The translations under genes and the position numbers were made by a program. Below the pieces are notes generated by a model. That model was not told the origin of the DNA and made no database searches. It saw nothing but the letters and a program-made list of their open reading frames with translations. 64,000 nucleotides of DNA from Mobula hypostoma (lineage: Eukaryota), in NCBI RefSeq assembly GCF_963921235.1, contig NC_086097.1, positions 229,712,001-229,776,000 of the forward strand. Direction: 5' to 3'. How positions within the stretch are numbered: position 1 is the first letter of the stretch; each line of letters opens with the position of its first letter. Positions 1 to 11,604 of this stretch are shown one piece after another.

Positions 1-2502
1 ATCCTGAAGCAACAGCGAATTAAAACGCCTTTGTCTATTATTTTGTGTATTGGCCTGAATTTTAATAGAAAGCTTAAGTGGAGCATGATCCGAAATGGTT
101 ATAGAGTCATAATCACATTTAATCACTGAAGAAATAAGATGAGAGTCAATAAAAAAAATAATCAATTCTTGAATAGGAATGGTGAACATGTGAAAAAAAA
201 AGAAAAATCTTTTTCCTGAGGATGCAAAAAACGCCAAATGTCCGTCGACCCAGAATCAGAGAGGAATGAATTAATCAAAGTTGCAGATTTATTAGGTAAG
301 GTTCGTAGAGGAGCCGAATGGTCCAAAGCTGGAGATAAACAGGTATTAAGATCTCTGCCCCAGATCAATGAAAACTCATTCAAATTGGGGAACTGATTGA
401 ATAATGATTTATAAAATTCCGGATAGTCCATATTGGGAGCATAAACATTAACCAAAACTACCTTCTTATTAAATAGTAGACCACTAACCAGTAGAAATCT
501 ACCATTCGGATCAGAGATAATATTATGTTGTATAAAAGTAACTGAGGAGTCTATAAAGATAGAGACACCTCGAATCTTAGCGTTAGAGTTCGAATGAAAC
601 TGTTGTCCCTCCCAGAATTTAAAAAAAATGTAGTCTGTCCCCCCTCCGCACATGGGTCTCTTGTAAAAATAGAATTTGTGCTTTAAGTCTCCGGAACACT
701 TTAAAAACTTTTTTCCTTTTAATAGGATGGTTAAGACCATTAGTATTCCAGGAGACAAAATTAATAATAGACTCCATAAACCCTAAAGTCAACCCGCAAA
801 AAGGAGGATTGACGATAGGCTCGACCCACAAACCCGGAAAGGGAACAGAACAAAGAAGAGATACCGGGAAGGAGAACGCAACCAATACTTCAATAGTGTA
901 CATAGCCCAAGAAGAAATAAACTAAAACGTGAAGCCCCTCCCACCACTCCCCACCCCATGACCCCAAGGCTAAATCTAAAACAGACCAGCCAGAAAGAAG
1001 CAAGCACTAAAACTACCCCCATGACTTCCGATAGACGCTCCCTAAAAAAAAGTGTAAATATAAAAAAGATCAGCTAGTTATAAAACAGTAAAAGAATAAA
1101 AAAAGTAAATCAATTAAAACAAACACTTAATATAACAAAGAAAAAGCCAGAAAACATAAAAAAACCGCAACAAACCCCAGACCCTATGAATAAACAAAAA
1201 AAGAAATGAAAATATTAACATAAATTAGCTATGAAAACCTACAAAAAAAGTAGATTTAAAAACTACAAAATTTAAGGCCTCAAAGGAAATACGTAGAATG
1301 ACGCTGAGGACATAACCACCCAGAATCCCCTAGGAAAAAGAAAGGAATGATGCAGATAGAAAGAAAGTTTAGCAACCATATTAATGAATCAAAAATAAAC
1401 TTTTCTGCCCATATAAGGCAAAAAAAAATTAAGGCTGACAGATTCACAACCTCCGATCAAACGGAGATAGTTAAAAATTACGATTAAGATGTTGAAGGTG
1501 AAAATTGATCCAGATAACTCTGGGCATCCGATGGAGATTCAAAAAAATGGAGGGCTCCATCCAACGTACGGATCCTTAGACGTGCTGGGTAAAGCAGCGC
1601 TGGTTTTAAATCCATCTTGTAGAGTTCCGACATCACAGATCTGTAACGAACCCGTTGATCTTGAATTGGTTTACTGAAATCCTCCATGAACCGGAAATTA
1701 AAATCCGAAAAATCAATGTAACCTTTAGATCGAACGAATCGAAGCAGTTTCTCCTTGTCTTGAAAGTAATGAAAACGTAAGATGACATGTCGAGGTTTAT
1801 CTGACTTAGACGAGTATGATGGAACTCTGTGAGCCCGATCCAATAACGGTGGTTGGTCAGGAAATACAGTAGGAAATGTATCTTTTAAAAGTTGAGAAAA
1901 AAACTTCATAGGGTTGTCAGATTCCACAGCTTCACGTACACCAATCATTCGAAGATTCTGCCGTCGCATTCTGGATTCTAAGTCAGAGTTTTTAAAGGTC
2001 AGAAAGTCAAGTTTTTTCTACATTATAGTAATTGTTTCTTCAATTTTCCCCATCTTGAATTCATTTTGTTGCGTGGATTTTTGAAGATTAGATATAGCCG
2101 ATTGATGTTCCGTAATAGATAATTGTATCTTATCGATTGAATCGGCAATCTTCTGGAAATTAGTTGAAATTTCCGAACGAATCAGTTCCGTAATAGAGGT
2201 TGAAATTTCCCTTTGAATTAGATCCGATATAGCTTTCAAAGTCACCTGTGGTTCAGTCGGAGGAAGATCGGTACCTTTCGGTCTAACCGGAGGTTTGCCG
2301 TCTTTCCCATTTTTTCCATTCTTAGACATAGCAGACCTTAAAAACATCCGATTATCGAAGAGCCCAATTTGTTTCAAAGTATTGTAAAAGTCGATGCCTT
2401 AATGGTTAGTTAAAATATAGCTGATCATAAGAAAAAAACTCAGAGGTAATGGAGCGAGTCAAGAACACGACTTCACTCCATGAGCTCTACCGGAAGTCCC
2501 CC
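1..2502 (-). mobile_element. L1-clade LINE, 5' half (5'UTR, ORF1, long spacer, start of ORF2 endonuclease); continues off the window edge
   Basis: Minus strand begins GGGGACTTCCGG...CATGG at ~2502. ORF1 (ATG 2329 to stop 1484) has the L1 ORF1 motifs DLESRMRRQNLRMIGV, LDRAHR, FMEDFS and LLYPARL, with one in-frame TAG at 2018-2020. ORF2 starts at 777 (MESIINFVSWNTNGLNHPIKRKK, FLQETH, VNVYAPN, DIWR, SDHAP), frameshifted. Confidence 0.93.
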
Positions 2503-3042
2503 TCTATCACCCTCATTATGTAATTAGCCCCTTTTAAGACTGTTAATTGCAATTCACTCTTCCTTTCTAAGGGCTATTAACGACATAATTTTTTAATATA
2601 CTGCAATCAAATTTACAAAATGAACTATATGAACACAATGACTTACTATAAGCTATGTTTGGAACATTACAGGAGGCAAAGCATACTTAGCAATTGATGT
2701 GTCAAACAAACCAAAAAATATTTCATTCATAGTCAATGATATAGCCAAGTTGTAGTTTGAAGTGGAAATTTAGGAATATTTCGGACAAGAAGAACTCAGC
2801 AGGGAATGGAGTCCTGGGTAGAAAAGGAGGAGTTATTTAAAGAATAGTAGAATCTGTGATGCCAAGATAGAGAACGTAGGTTCCATCAGTTACAAATGAC
2901 TGAATGGCCTATTTAAACATTTATATTCTTAAAAGATGTTGGTGAGGCAAGAGATAAAATCTGTTCTTTTAATCAATAAATCACAATACATTATTTTTAT
3001 TTTGTTAACTAGCACAGGGAAGAAAGCAATCCTTCTATCTTG

Positions 3043-3170
3043 AACACAAGAGATTCTGCAGATGCTTGAAATCCAGAGCGAGAGGAACTCAGCAGTCCAG
3101 CCTGAAACGTCGACTGTTTATTCCCCTCCATAGATGGTGCCTAAGTTCCCCCAGCATTTTGTGTGTTGCT
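3043..3170. mobile_element. Penelope-derived short inverted pLTR unit with a partial hammerhead (GAAACGTCGAC only)
   Basis: The left arm (AGATTCTGCAGATGC...GAGGAACTCAGCAG) and right arm (GTTCCCCCAGCATTTTGTGTGTTGC) match the termini of the Penelope copies at 51.5 and 53.5 kb, in opposite orientations. Confidence 0.7.
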
Positions 3171-4258
3171 TCTGCTATCTGTCACCTATTCCAAAAGATT
3201 ACACCTCCCTACAGTCTGACCTATTTTGTTTATTGTCCACAATCCAATGTTCAATTAAAATGGCTTTGCTGCATTTGATACTCTATGTGACCCAAAGCAA
3301 CACAGGGGCATAGAAGGACTAATCAAAACTTTGCCTAAAAAAAAATTAGTTTTAAACTTAATAATGCCAATTTAAACCATGAATCCAAGAAAAAAAATTC
3401 CAAAAGGACCTTGAATGGAATTGTCTCCCCTACATTCATTGCCCAAAAATGAATAATGTAAATCTATTTCAAAAAAGAAAACACTGTAATGCTGAAACAC
3501 TTGTTCAAACTACTGTATTTGCACCAGCACGATTACGATACAAAACACTTGAGAGGGCTGGAAACAAATGCCAACCGGAAGATGTATTTATGCAAGTTGT
3601 GAGTTAGGATTGCAGGCGATATACTGTACATGTGTTTGGCTGCCAAAACATCAATGGTACTTTTAGAAAAATGCCAATATTTATCGAGTTCCTGTAGCAG
3701 TGACCAGTTTAGATCTGTCAATAAAGCAAAATCTGAAGCAATAATAGGAGGTAGTGCCATTCTGGTGACTTTATCAACGAACTCAAGCTCCTTAAGTAAT
3801 CAATACTGTTGCATTATTTTAGAGAGGAAATAAGAAATTTTTCATTCAAAGCACTAATATGCATCTTCCTGATGGAAAAAATGTCCAAGGCCTTCCAGAG
3901 AGGAAAGATGATGCTGTACTACAGGAAAAATTAGCAGGGTTTTCTAAAGAGAAGAGTTAGGGAAGGTCATAATGTCAGGGATGGTGAGGCAGAGAGGTTT
4001 TGCAAAGAATTTTGCAATGCCATTAGTGTGAAAATCATGAAGCTGCAGGTGCTTAAAACAAAAAGAGAAAATGTTGGAAAAACCCAGCAGGTCTGACTGT
4101 GACTGTAGGAAGAGAAAAACATTTCAGGTTGAAGAACTTTCATCAAGAGGTAGGAGACTGGGAAAGAAGGATGAGTCTGATTGGGTAAAACTGGGATGAC
4201 CACAGGGATAAACAAGATTACCTGGTCAATGAGTGAATGGATGCAGTTAAGGAGTAAG

Positions 4259-4611
4259 CAAACAGTGATAATATGTGGAGGGAGGGGTGTTGAGAAAGAG
4301 TCACAAGCTTCAGTGGGAGTGATGGGGAGTGAGGGGGCAGGAGGAATGCTGGTCATTGGATGAAACTGTAAGGGTTCCTATCTATGGACAGAACCTGCCC
4401 CAGGCAGTAGCGTTAAAGTCACACTAGGCAGGTTTCACAGCACTGTGAATATCTGCTTCTACCCAAATGGCTCACGGAAGGCACACTGTGGAGTGAAAAT
4501 CAAAGTTGCCAGTTGTTGGGCTTATCTGGGTCTTTCACACATGAGAACCTCAGACATAGAGGAGCTTGACTGAAAAATCACTGCCTCCAACTCACCTGGA
4601 CAACTACTGTC
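4259..4611. repeat. Duplicated ~350-bp segment flanked by a 23-bp direct repeat; second copy at 8932-9217
   Basis: AATGGATGCAGTTAAGGAGTAAG occurs at 4236-4258 and 4612-4634. The interior aligns to 8932-9217. Confidence 0.88.
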
Positions 4612-4926
4612 AATGGATGCAGTTAAGGAGTAAGAAAATAGATTGGACTTGCAAAATGCAGAGCAGAAAGATCAGCTCAACTATACTTTTCTCATCAATA
4701 CAGTTTGTTGTTACCTTTATACTGTGGACTGATTTGCTAACATCCCTTTACATGAATTGGATCAAAAAGACAAAATTTGAACATTGCACAATTTTGTTTG
4801 AAAAAATATAAAACTTAATAAAATGAAGTACATTTTTCGTAATTTCTCAATGTCTTCAGCTGCCTGAAAACTTCACTGTTTGGAAAAACTCAAGTGCCGG
4901 TCAAGCGTTAAGCTTCTCATACTTAC

Positions 4927-5028
4927 TGGGATGCCAGTGAAAGTAACCGGTGGAGATTGCCAAGAGATGCTGAACCCATTGCTGGTAGGTGTGAACTTTG
5001 ATCCAGGGATATTAACAGGTGCCGTGGC
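4927..5028 (-). CDS. ZNF704: ZNF704 internal coding exon ([34 protein letters not shown])
   Basis: Acceptor ttctaatAG, donor GTaagt, 102 nt, phase 0-0. The peptide matches the mammalian ZNF704 segment [35 protein letters not shown], recalled from memory. Confidence 0.93.
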
Positions 5029-5169
5029 CTATTAGAAACAATATGAATGTAATGACATCGCTTTGCATAAGAAGATAAAGCTCCTCAGAGCGAGTATAAC
5101 TTATTTGTGTAGATTTTTTTTAAAGTCCAGGCATTACAAATTATGACCAGAAATAACAATTAATAAATT

Positions 5170-5920
5170 AGGAGCTTGCAAAGATTCGGTATGATATCTA
5201 AAATTCTGACAAACTTCTATAGGTATGTGGCGGAGAGTATTGGTAAAGTATTTTGACAGGTTCCATCACAGTCTGGTATGAACACCAATGCCCTTGAATG
5301 GAAAGTCCTACAAATAGTGGATATAGCCCAGTTCATCACGGCTAAAGCCCTCCCCACCATGGAGCATTGTCACAGGAAAACAGCATCCATCACCAGGGAC
5401 ACTCACCACCCAGGTCATGCTTTCTTCTCACTGCTGCCATCAGGAAGAAGGTACAGGAGCCTCCAGTTTCAGGAACTGTTATTACCCCCTCAGCCATCAG
5501 GCTCTTGAACCAAAAGGGTTAACTTTATTCAACTGTACTTAACCCATCATTGAAATGTTCCCACAACCTATGGACTCATTTTCAAGCACTCTTCATCTCA
5601 TGTTCTCAATATTTATGATGTATGACTATGAGGCCACACAGTCCCCTTTTATTGTCATTTAGTAATGCATGCATTAAGAAATGATAACATGTTTTTACTG
5701 CTTATTTATTCATCATTATCATTTCTTTCTTTTTGTATTTGCAGAGTTTGTTGTCTTTTGCACAGTTTGAACACCCAGTTGATGCAGTCTTTCATTGATT
5801 CTATTATCGTTGTTATTCTACTATGAATTTTATTGAGTATGCACGCAAGAAATTGAATTTCAGTGTTGTATATGCTGACATATATGTACTTTACTTTGAA
5901 CTTTGACTTTTGACTTTTGA
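5170..5920 (+). mobile_element. Rex1/Babar-type LINE 3' fragment with 3'UTR
   Basis: Encodes HHPGHAFFSLLPSGRRYRSL and ends in a (TTTGAAC/TTTGAC)n tail shared with many copies in the window. Confidence 0.7.
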
Positions 5921-6374
5921 ATATGCACAATGGCATCCAATAGTCAGCAATTTTTATCTGGATTGACTTATTGGATTTTCCATCGCCTGTGGCAAAGACA
6001 AGTGATCTACAAGGACATTCTTCAACTCCATGTGAGGGCAAGACCCAGCTGACTGAGCAATATTTAACCCATGGAGTCTGTCACTGGGAACTGGGAAGCC
6101 AGCACTGGTAGGCCCCTAAGTTAGGTACCTGTAGCTCACAATGCTGTAGTTCAGGATCCCAACAATCAATTCTCTTTACAACCGCCATCTCCTCCCCGCC
6201 CCCCCCGCCCCACTAGTGTCAAGCCTGACTTTCACTCCCAATAGCTGGCCACGATCTGCCTGATGATCTACTCCAACCTGATCCTGACCTTGCTTATATC
6301 TTATCAACGGAAAAACCAATGGTCATTCTAAAGGGTAAGCTGGTCATCCTAAACCCAGGTCTATCTTACTGTGA

Positions 6375-6675
6375 CCATGGTAGCTTTACAATGCCAGCTG
6401 TAGGACCGGGCTTCAGTTCCCTCCGCTGGCTGTAAGCAGTTGTAAACTCTCCCCATGACTGTGTGGGTTTCCTCCAGGTGCTGTGGTTTCCTCCCACAGT
6501 CCAACACAGAGGCGTATGGTTAGGGTTAGTGAGTTGTGGCCATGCTATGCTGTGCTGGAAGTGTGGCGACACTTGTATGTTGGCCAACACAATCCCCGCT
6601 GATGTGATTTGACACAGACTATGCATTTCACTCTATATTTTGATGTACATTTGACAAATAAAGTTAATCTTTTAA
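6375..6675 (+). mobile_element. V-domain tRNA-derived SINE (HE1/V-SINE-like)
   Basis: Core TCTCCCCATGACTGTGTGGGTTTCCTCCAGGTGCTGTGGTTTCCTCCCACAGTCCAA. Confidence 0.72.
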
Positions 6676-7054
6676 AAAAAATTCTAATCTTTTAGGCAAC
6701 CCTAAGTGAGATCCTGACTTCCCTGTTTCATATGCTTACCCTGCAGCTTACACAGGAAGTCTGGAACACCAAGTGGGCATGGCCCTGATCTATACTATAC
6801 AATGCTTTGGTTCTCAGTGCTACGGAAATCTGCCATGACTAGCACTCAAAAGAGGTTCTTCTGTCTAGCTTTCACTGCTGAATCCAGAAGACCAAGTATT
6901 TCTAGATCAGAGTTATACTTGGAAAATGTCTGCTACATTCTTCTGACTATGGAGTGAACTAATCACCACATAGGTGGTTAGTCTGTAAATACAATCCTCT
7001 TGTCTCACAAAGCACCACTAGAGACAAGCAAGGGTGACACTTTACAGGACAAAT

Positions 7055-7290
7055 GACCCAGGTTCAATTCCCACCGCTGCCTGTAAGGAATTTGTACGTT
7101 CTTCCCGTGACAGTGTGGGTTTCCTCCGGGTGCTCTAGTTTCTTCCTACAGTCCACAGATGGACCGGTTGGTAGGTTAATTGGTCATTGTAAATTGTCCC
7201 GTGATTAGGCGAGGGTTGAACTGGGGGTTGCTGGGCAGCAGGGTCTGAAGGGCTGAAAGGGCAGAAAGGCGCTGTACTTACCAATCAATC
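7055..7290 (+). mobile_element. V-domain SINE
   Basis: B-box-like GGTTCAATTCC followed by the V-domain GTGGGTTTCCTCCGGGTGCTCTAGTTTC. Confidence 0.72.
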
Positions 7291-7519
7291 AATAACTACA
7301 GCTTATAGTTTGCAGTTGAATGGGTGAGCTGGTCGGTCGCGGAAGGGAGGAGTGAGGAAGCCAGGTACACAGTGAAGGGCAGCAGCCAGAGCGAGGAGCC
7401 GAGGGGGCAGAAGTGAGGAGTGAGGAGGCTGGGTACAGAACGAGGGGCAGCAGCCGGAGTGGGGAGAACGGGAAGGCAGACGCAGCTTGACTTGCGGTGA
7501 CGACGACTGATTTAAAAAA

Positions 7520-7866
7520 AAATGTTGAAAGGCATGGACAGAGTGGATGTGGCAAAGTTGTTTCCCATGATGGGGGAGTCTAGCACGAGAGGGCATGACT
7601 TAAGGATTGAAGAGCGCCCTTTCAGAACAGAGATGTGAAGAAATTTTTTGAGCCAGAGGTTGGTGAATCTATGGAATTTATTGCCACGGGCGGCAGTGGA
7701 GGCCAAGTCATTGGGTGTATTTAAGGCAGAATTGATAGGTATCTGAGTAGCCAGTGCATCAAAGGTTATGATGAGAAGGCGAGGGAATGGATCAGCTCAT
7801 GATAAAATGGCGGAGCAGACTCGATGGGCCAAATGGCCGGCTTCTGCTCCTTTGTCTTATGGTCTT
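7520..7866 (+). mobile_element. CR1 LINE 3' fragment
   Basis: LKGMDRVDVAKLFPMMGESSTRGHDLRI...FFSQRLVNLWN, followed by the CR1 3'UTR ending TCTTATGGTCTTA. Confidence 0.85.
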
Positions 7867-8224
7867 AATGTTCACACATATTAGGACTGGTTAAAAGTAC
7901 TCTGCAAGATGTGTACTCATACTGCCTCCTTCTGACTGGTCACAGGCATGCAAGTAACCCCAGGCTCATAAAAAGTAGTTGAAGGGGAGATATGCCTTTG
8001 TAAGACCCAGCTGACTGAGGGTTTATCTCTCTGCATGAAAATGCACTTCAGGAACTGCAACACAAACCCCCATTCTCACCCAAAGCAAAAGCACCTCGGG
8101 TGTAGAGAGAGGAGCTCTATGTTTTGGTTATTATGGATGAACCCCTTGCTTACAAGAAATGAATATTAAGTGGTGAGTCGTCAGCTTGTCATCTGCCCTG
8201 ACGTTTGGCCATAACCTCATTCAG

Positions 8225-8730
8225 ATAGAGTCATACAGTACTACAGCACAGACAGAGGCACTTTGGCTCATCTCGCCTGTGTCGAACTGTTATTCTGCCT
8301 AGTGCCATTGACCCACACCAGGGCCACAGCCCTCTATCCCACTCCTGGCCCGTGTTCTTATTCAGTTTCCCTTAAATCTTGAAATCGAACCCGCAACCAC
8401 CACATCCACTGGCAGCTCGTTCAACACTTACACCGTGCTCTAGGCGAAGAAGTACCCCCTCAGGTTCCGCTTAAATATTTTATCTTACACCCTTAACCTG
8501 TGACCTCCAGTTCTCATCTCACCCAGTTTCAATGGGGGAAAAAAACTGCTTGCGTTTACCTCATAATTTTGTACACCTCTATCAAATCTGCTCTCGGTCT
8601 CATACACTCTGGGGGCGGGGGGGGGAAGAATCTCAACCTATTCAACCTTTCCCTGTAACTAAAATCCTCAAATCCCAGCAACATGCTTGTCAATTTTCTC
8701 TGTACTCTTTCAACCTTACTGACATTGATA
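8225..8730 (-). mobile_element. CR1 LINE 3' fragment, degraded
   Basis: VERVQRKLTSMLLG...YRERLNRL...RADLIEVYKIMR. Confidence 0.8.
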
Positions 8731-8931
8731 GTTGGAAGACATGTTCGAAAGAGGTGGGAGACTCGTGCAAAAAGGAAATTGGGATCCAAAGTTACAATTT
8801 TTATACCATTTTTGTCTTAGCTACCATGACTGCTTTCTGCCATGGTTGCTGAAAGACCAGAAGCCTTTGCGGGGAGGGGAGAAGGTTCCAAATGATATTA
8901 ATTTAGGCTTCAATTCAAATGGCAGATCAAT

Positions 8932-9217
8932 TGATAATATGTGGAGGGAGGGGTGTTGAGAAAGAGTCACAAGCTTCAGTGGGAGTGATGGAGAGAGAGG
9001 GGGCAGGAGGAAAGCTGGTCATTGGATGAAGCCTATAAGGGTTCCTATCTATGGAATGAACCTGCCCCAGGCAGTAGCATTAAAGTCACACTGTGGAGTG
9101 AAAATCAAATTTGCCAGTTGTTGGGCTTATCTGGGTCTTTCACACATGAGAACCTCAGACACATAGAGGGCCTTGACTGAAAATCACACCCTTCAACTCA
9201 CCTGGACAACTACTGTC
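8932..9217. repeat. Second copy of the 4266-4611 segment, lacking ~60 bp between two CACACT motifs
   Basis: Direct alignment by eye to 4266-4611. Confidence 0.88.
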
Positions 9218-10714
9218 GACATTTTTCACCGAAATTTTATCACATGGCATACAGTTTCTAGGCAATTATCCTTCAAATAGTTTAGAAGACAGTTGGACAT
9301 GTCATGCTAGTACAGATTTATGAGGGACTACTACAAAAGTTCAGAACTGTTTTGGATATGAGAGTCCTCCACAGTGTTACAATGATGGGTTTTCAAAAAC
9401 GTGAAGTTAATCCAGGCCAGCTTTTTAATACAAGAGATATAAAAAGACAAAGTTTAAAGATAAAGATCAGCTTTACTTGTCACATATATATCGAAACATT
9501 GGGACATAGAGTGAAATGTGCTGTTTGTGTCAATGATTAACACAGCCCATAAGTGTCACCATGCTGCTGGAGTCAACACAGCACCCGGACAAACCCACAC
9601 GGACACAGGGGGAGTGTAAAGACTCCTACAGACAGCAGTGGGAATTCAGCCACGATTGTTGACATTGCAAAGTACTAGGCTAGCTGCTACTGTGACGCCC
9701 TGCTCAGATACACGGGCAGTCAATCCGTCATAAAAGAGTAAGTCACAACCAATAACCTAATCGTCATACATAGATCATGGAATAAATCTCAAAGGATGCT
9801 TGGAATTGGATTTTAAAATGGTTCGGGGGCAAACAGATCCATTCTCTAATTAAGGGACTGAACGGGAACCAAGCAGGAAGAGAGGGTCAGTAGCCGAAAA
9901 GAAACCTGTTTGGGGGCCCTTTTCCTGTTGGCAAGTATTCTTGTTCCGCCAATATTATCGTTAACATAAGCACAAGAGATTTATCATTAACATTACTTAT
10001 GTTGTGCCTATGCATGTGTCAGCAGTGCACTGCAGTTCTAAAGGGTTCAGCAGAAGTGAAGTTTCATTCCAGCAGTCCGGAATGGAGTGCCCAGGGATGA
10101 AAGATGCTATCATCAACACGAGTAGCAGATTTATACAAATTTTATATAACCCAGTTTAAAAAAAGAAGTCAAATTATTCTCTCTAAATTCCAACTGGCTT
10201 AATGTTTAAGGAAATAATCAAACTTAAGAGGGATGAAACAGAGGTGCCTCCTCAGAGCATCGGTGACTCAGATTCCATCCTGATCTCCCATGGTGTTTGT
10301 ACATTCACCCTGCGGGCTTCCTTCGGGCTCTCCCGTTTCGTTCCACAGTCCAAGACGATGTAAGTGAGTAGGCTGACTGGCCAGGATAAATTGCAAACAG
10401 CTAGTAGGTGAGTGCAAGAATCTGAGGGGAGTGGATGGGTACGTGTGGATAATAAAGCTGGATTGGTATAGATGGGCAGCATGGATCAAAGGGCCGAGAG
10501 ATGTCCCTCTACAGTGGGCATGTCTCAAGAGATGATTCAAGGAGTTGACCATTTCAGATGAAGGGATTTAGTCCATTTGAGGAAAAAATATTTGAATTAT
10601 AAATGAATCACCAGCTTGCATGCTGAGTTTCTAAAATCTACCTTTTACCACATCTAGTTTGTATTGGGAGTGCTAAATAAAAGAATTATTTACCTAGTAC
10701 ATGTTATGGTCTTA

Positions 10715-11005
10715 GGAGGTTCCAAAGCATCTTATAGCTATTGATAACCTTTTTGAAGCAGTTATTAATAATTAAAATATTGCAGCAAAGTTCTGCACGG
10801 GCAGTCTGTAGGAATATTAAAGTGATAACGAGCAGAGTTTTCTATTCGTTCTGACTGAAGGATAAGTATTGGTCCAGCTCCAGGGGAAGTTCCCCTGTTC
10901 ACCTAAGAAACAGCGAGAACAGCACACCCAGACCTCTTAACAGTCTGAACTCAGTCTGACATCTCATCCAAAAGCCACGGATCATAAAGTATGCACTATC
11001 CTTTA
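10715..11005 (-). mobile_element. Ancient Deu-domain SINE relic (SacSINE1/AmnSINE1-like)
   Basis: Colinear degraded motifs CCAAAGCATCTT...TTTTGAAG...GGATAAGTATTGG...GGGGAAGTTCCCCTG...ACATCTCATCCAAAAG...GCACT resemble the reverse of the DeuSINE consensus as I recall it. Confidence 0.5.
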
Positions 11006-11085
11006 ACTTCGGTAGTTTTTTCCTTGCGTTTAATCATTAAAACCTTTGCAAGTTAAGCGAGTCGCCCCGAGCTGCACCTTATTAC

Positions 11086-11347
11086 CTGATAAGCGTGGTC
11101 AGTGTGGACAAGGTAGAGGCAGGTTGGTGCTGACCGACTGAGAGGGGTGGAGGTTTTGGCCTCGGTTCTGGTGACGGTGGTTTCAGATCGTCCTGAATCC
11201 AAGCTTGAGAGTGTAGGTGGTGACGACACCGATGGTGACACCGGAGACAGGCTACCCAAACCCTCAGCTGCAGAATCCGTGTTCAGTTTGATCTCCTGGT
11301 AATAGAAGTCCTCTTCACCATCACTGCAATCTGAGTCTACGTTACGT
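11086..11347 (-). CDS. ZNF704: ZNF704 internal coding exon ([24 protein letters not shown]...[18 protein letters not shown])
   Basis: Acceptor ttctcccaacAG, donor GTaata, 262 nt, phase 2-0. Contains the family motifs SDGEEDFYY and LSRSAP...HTDHAYQ. Confidence 0.95.
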
Positions 11348-11604
11348 CTGTTGGGAGAAAATAAAAAGCCACTTAATGTCCAGCGCTGATCGTAAAGTAA
11401 GTTCAACACAAATCACACAAAGCAGTCGGCACCCTCTCCTTTTAGTGCTACAGAATGCTTGGCTTTGCTTTCACAATGAATGCCGACTTTCCAACAACAT
11501 GACCACATTTCTTGACATTTGCTACCAGCACCTATTAATGACGGGACAAGAATTCCGGCAACAGTTTTCATTTTACGATATTACAGGGCCTGCAAAGAGA
11601 AAAA

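Noticed and set aside
3533..3833. Overlapping 75-aa and 67-aa ORFs in non-repetitive DNA, as possible downstream ZNF704 exons
   Set aside because: No similarity to the expected VSP...SSPPR or C-clamp (KKCRKVYG...WCTACRWKKAC) peptides, and no convincing splice pair.
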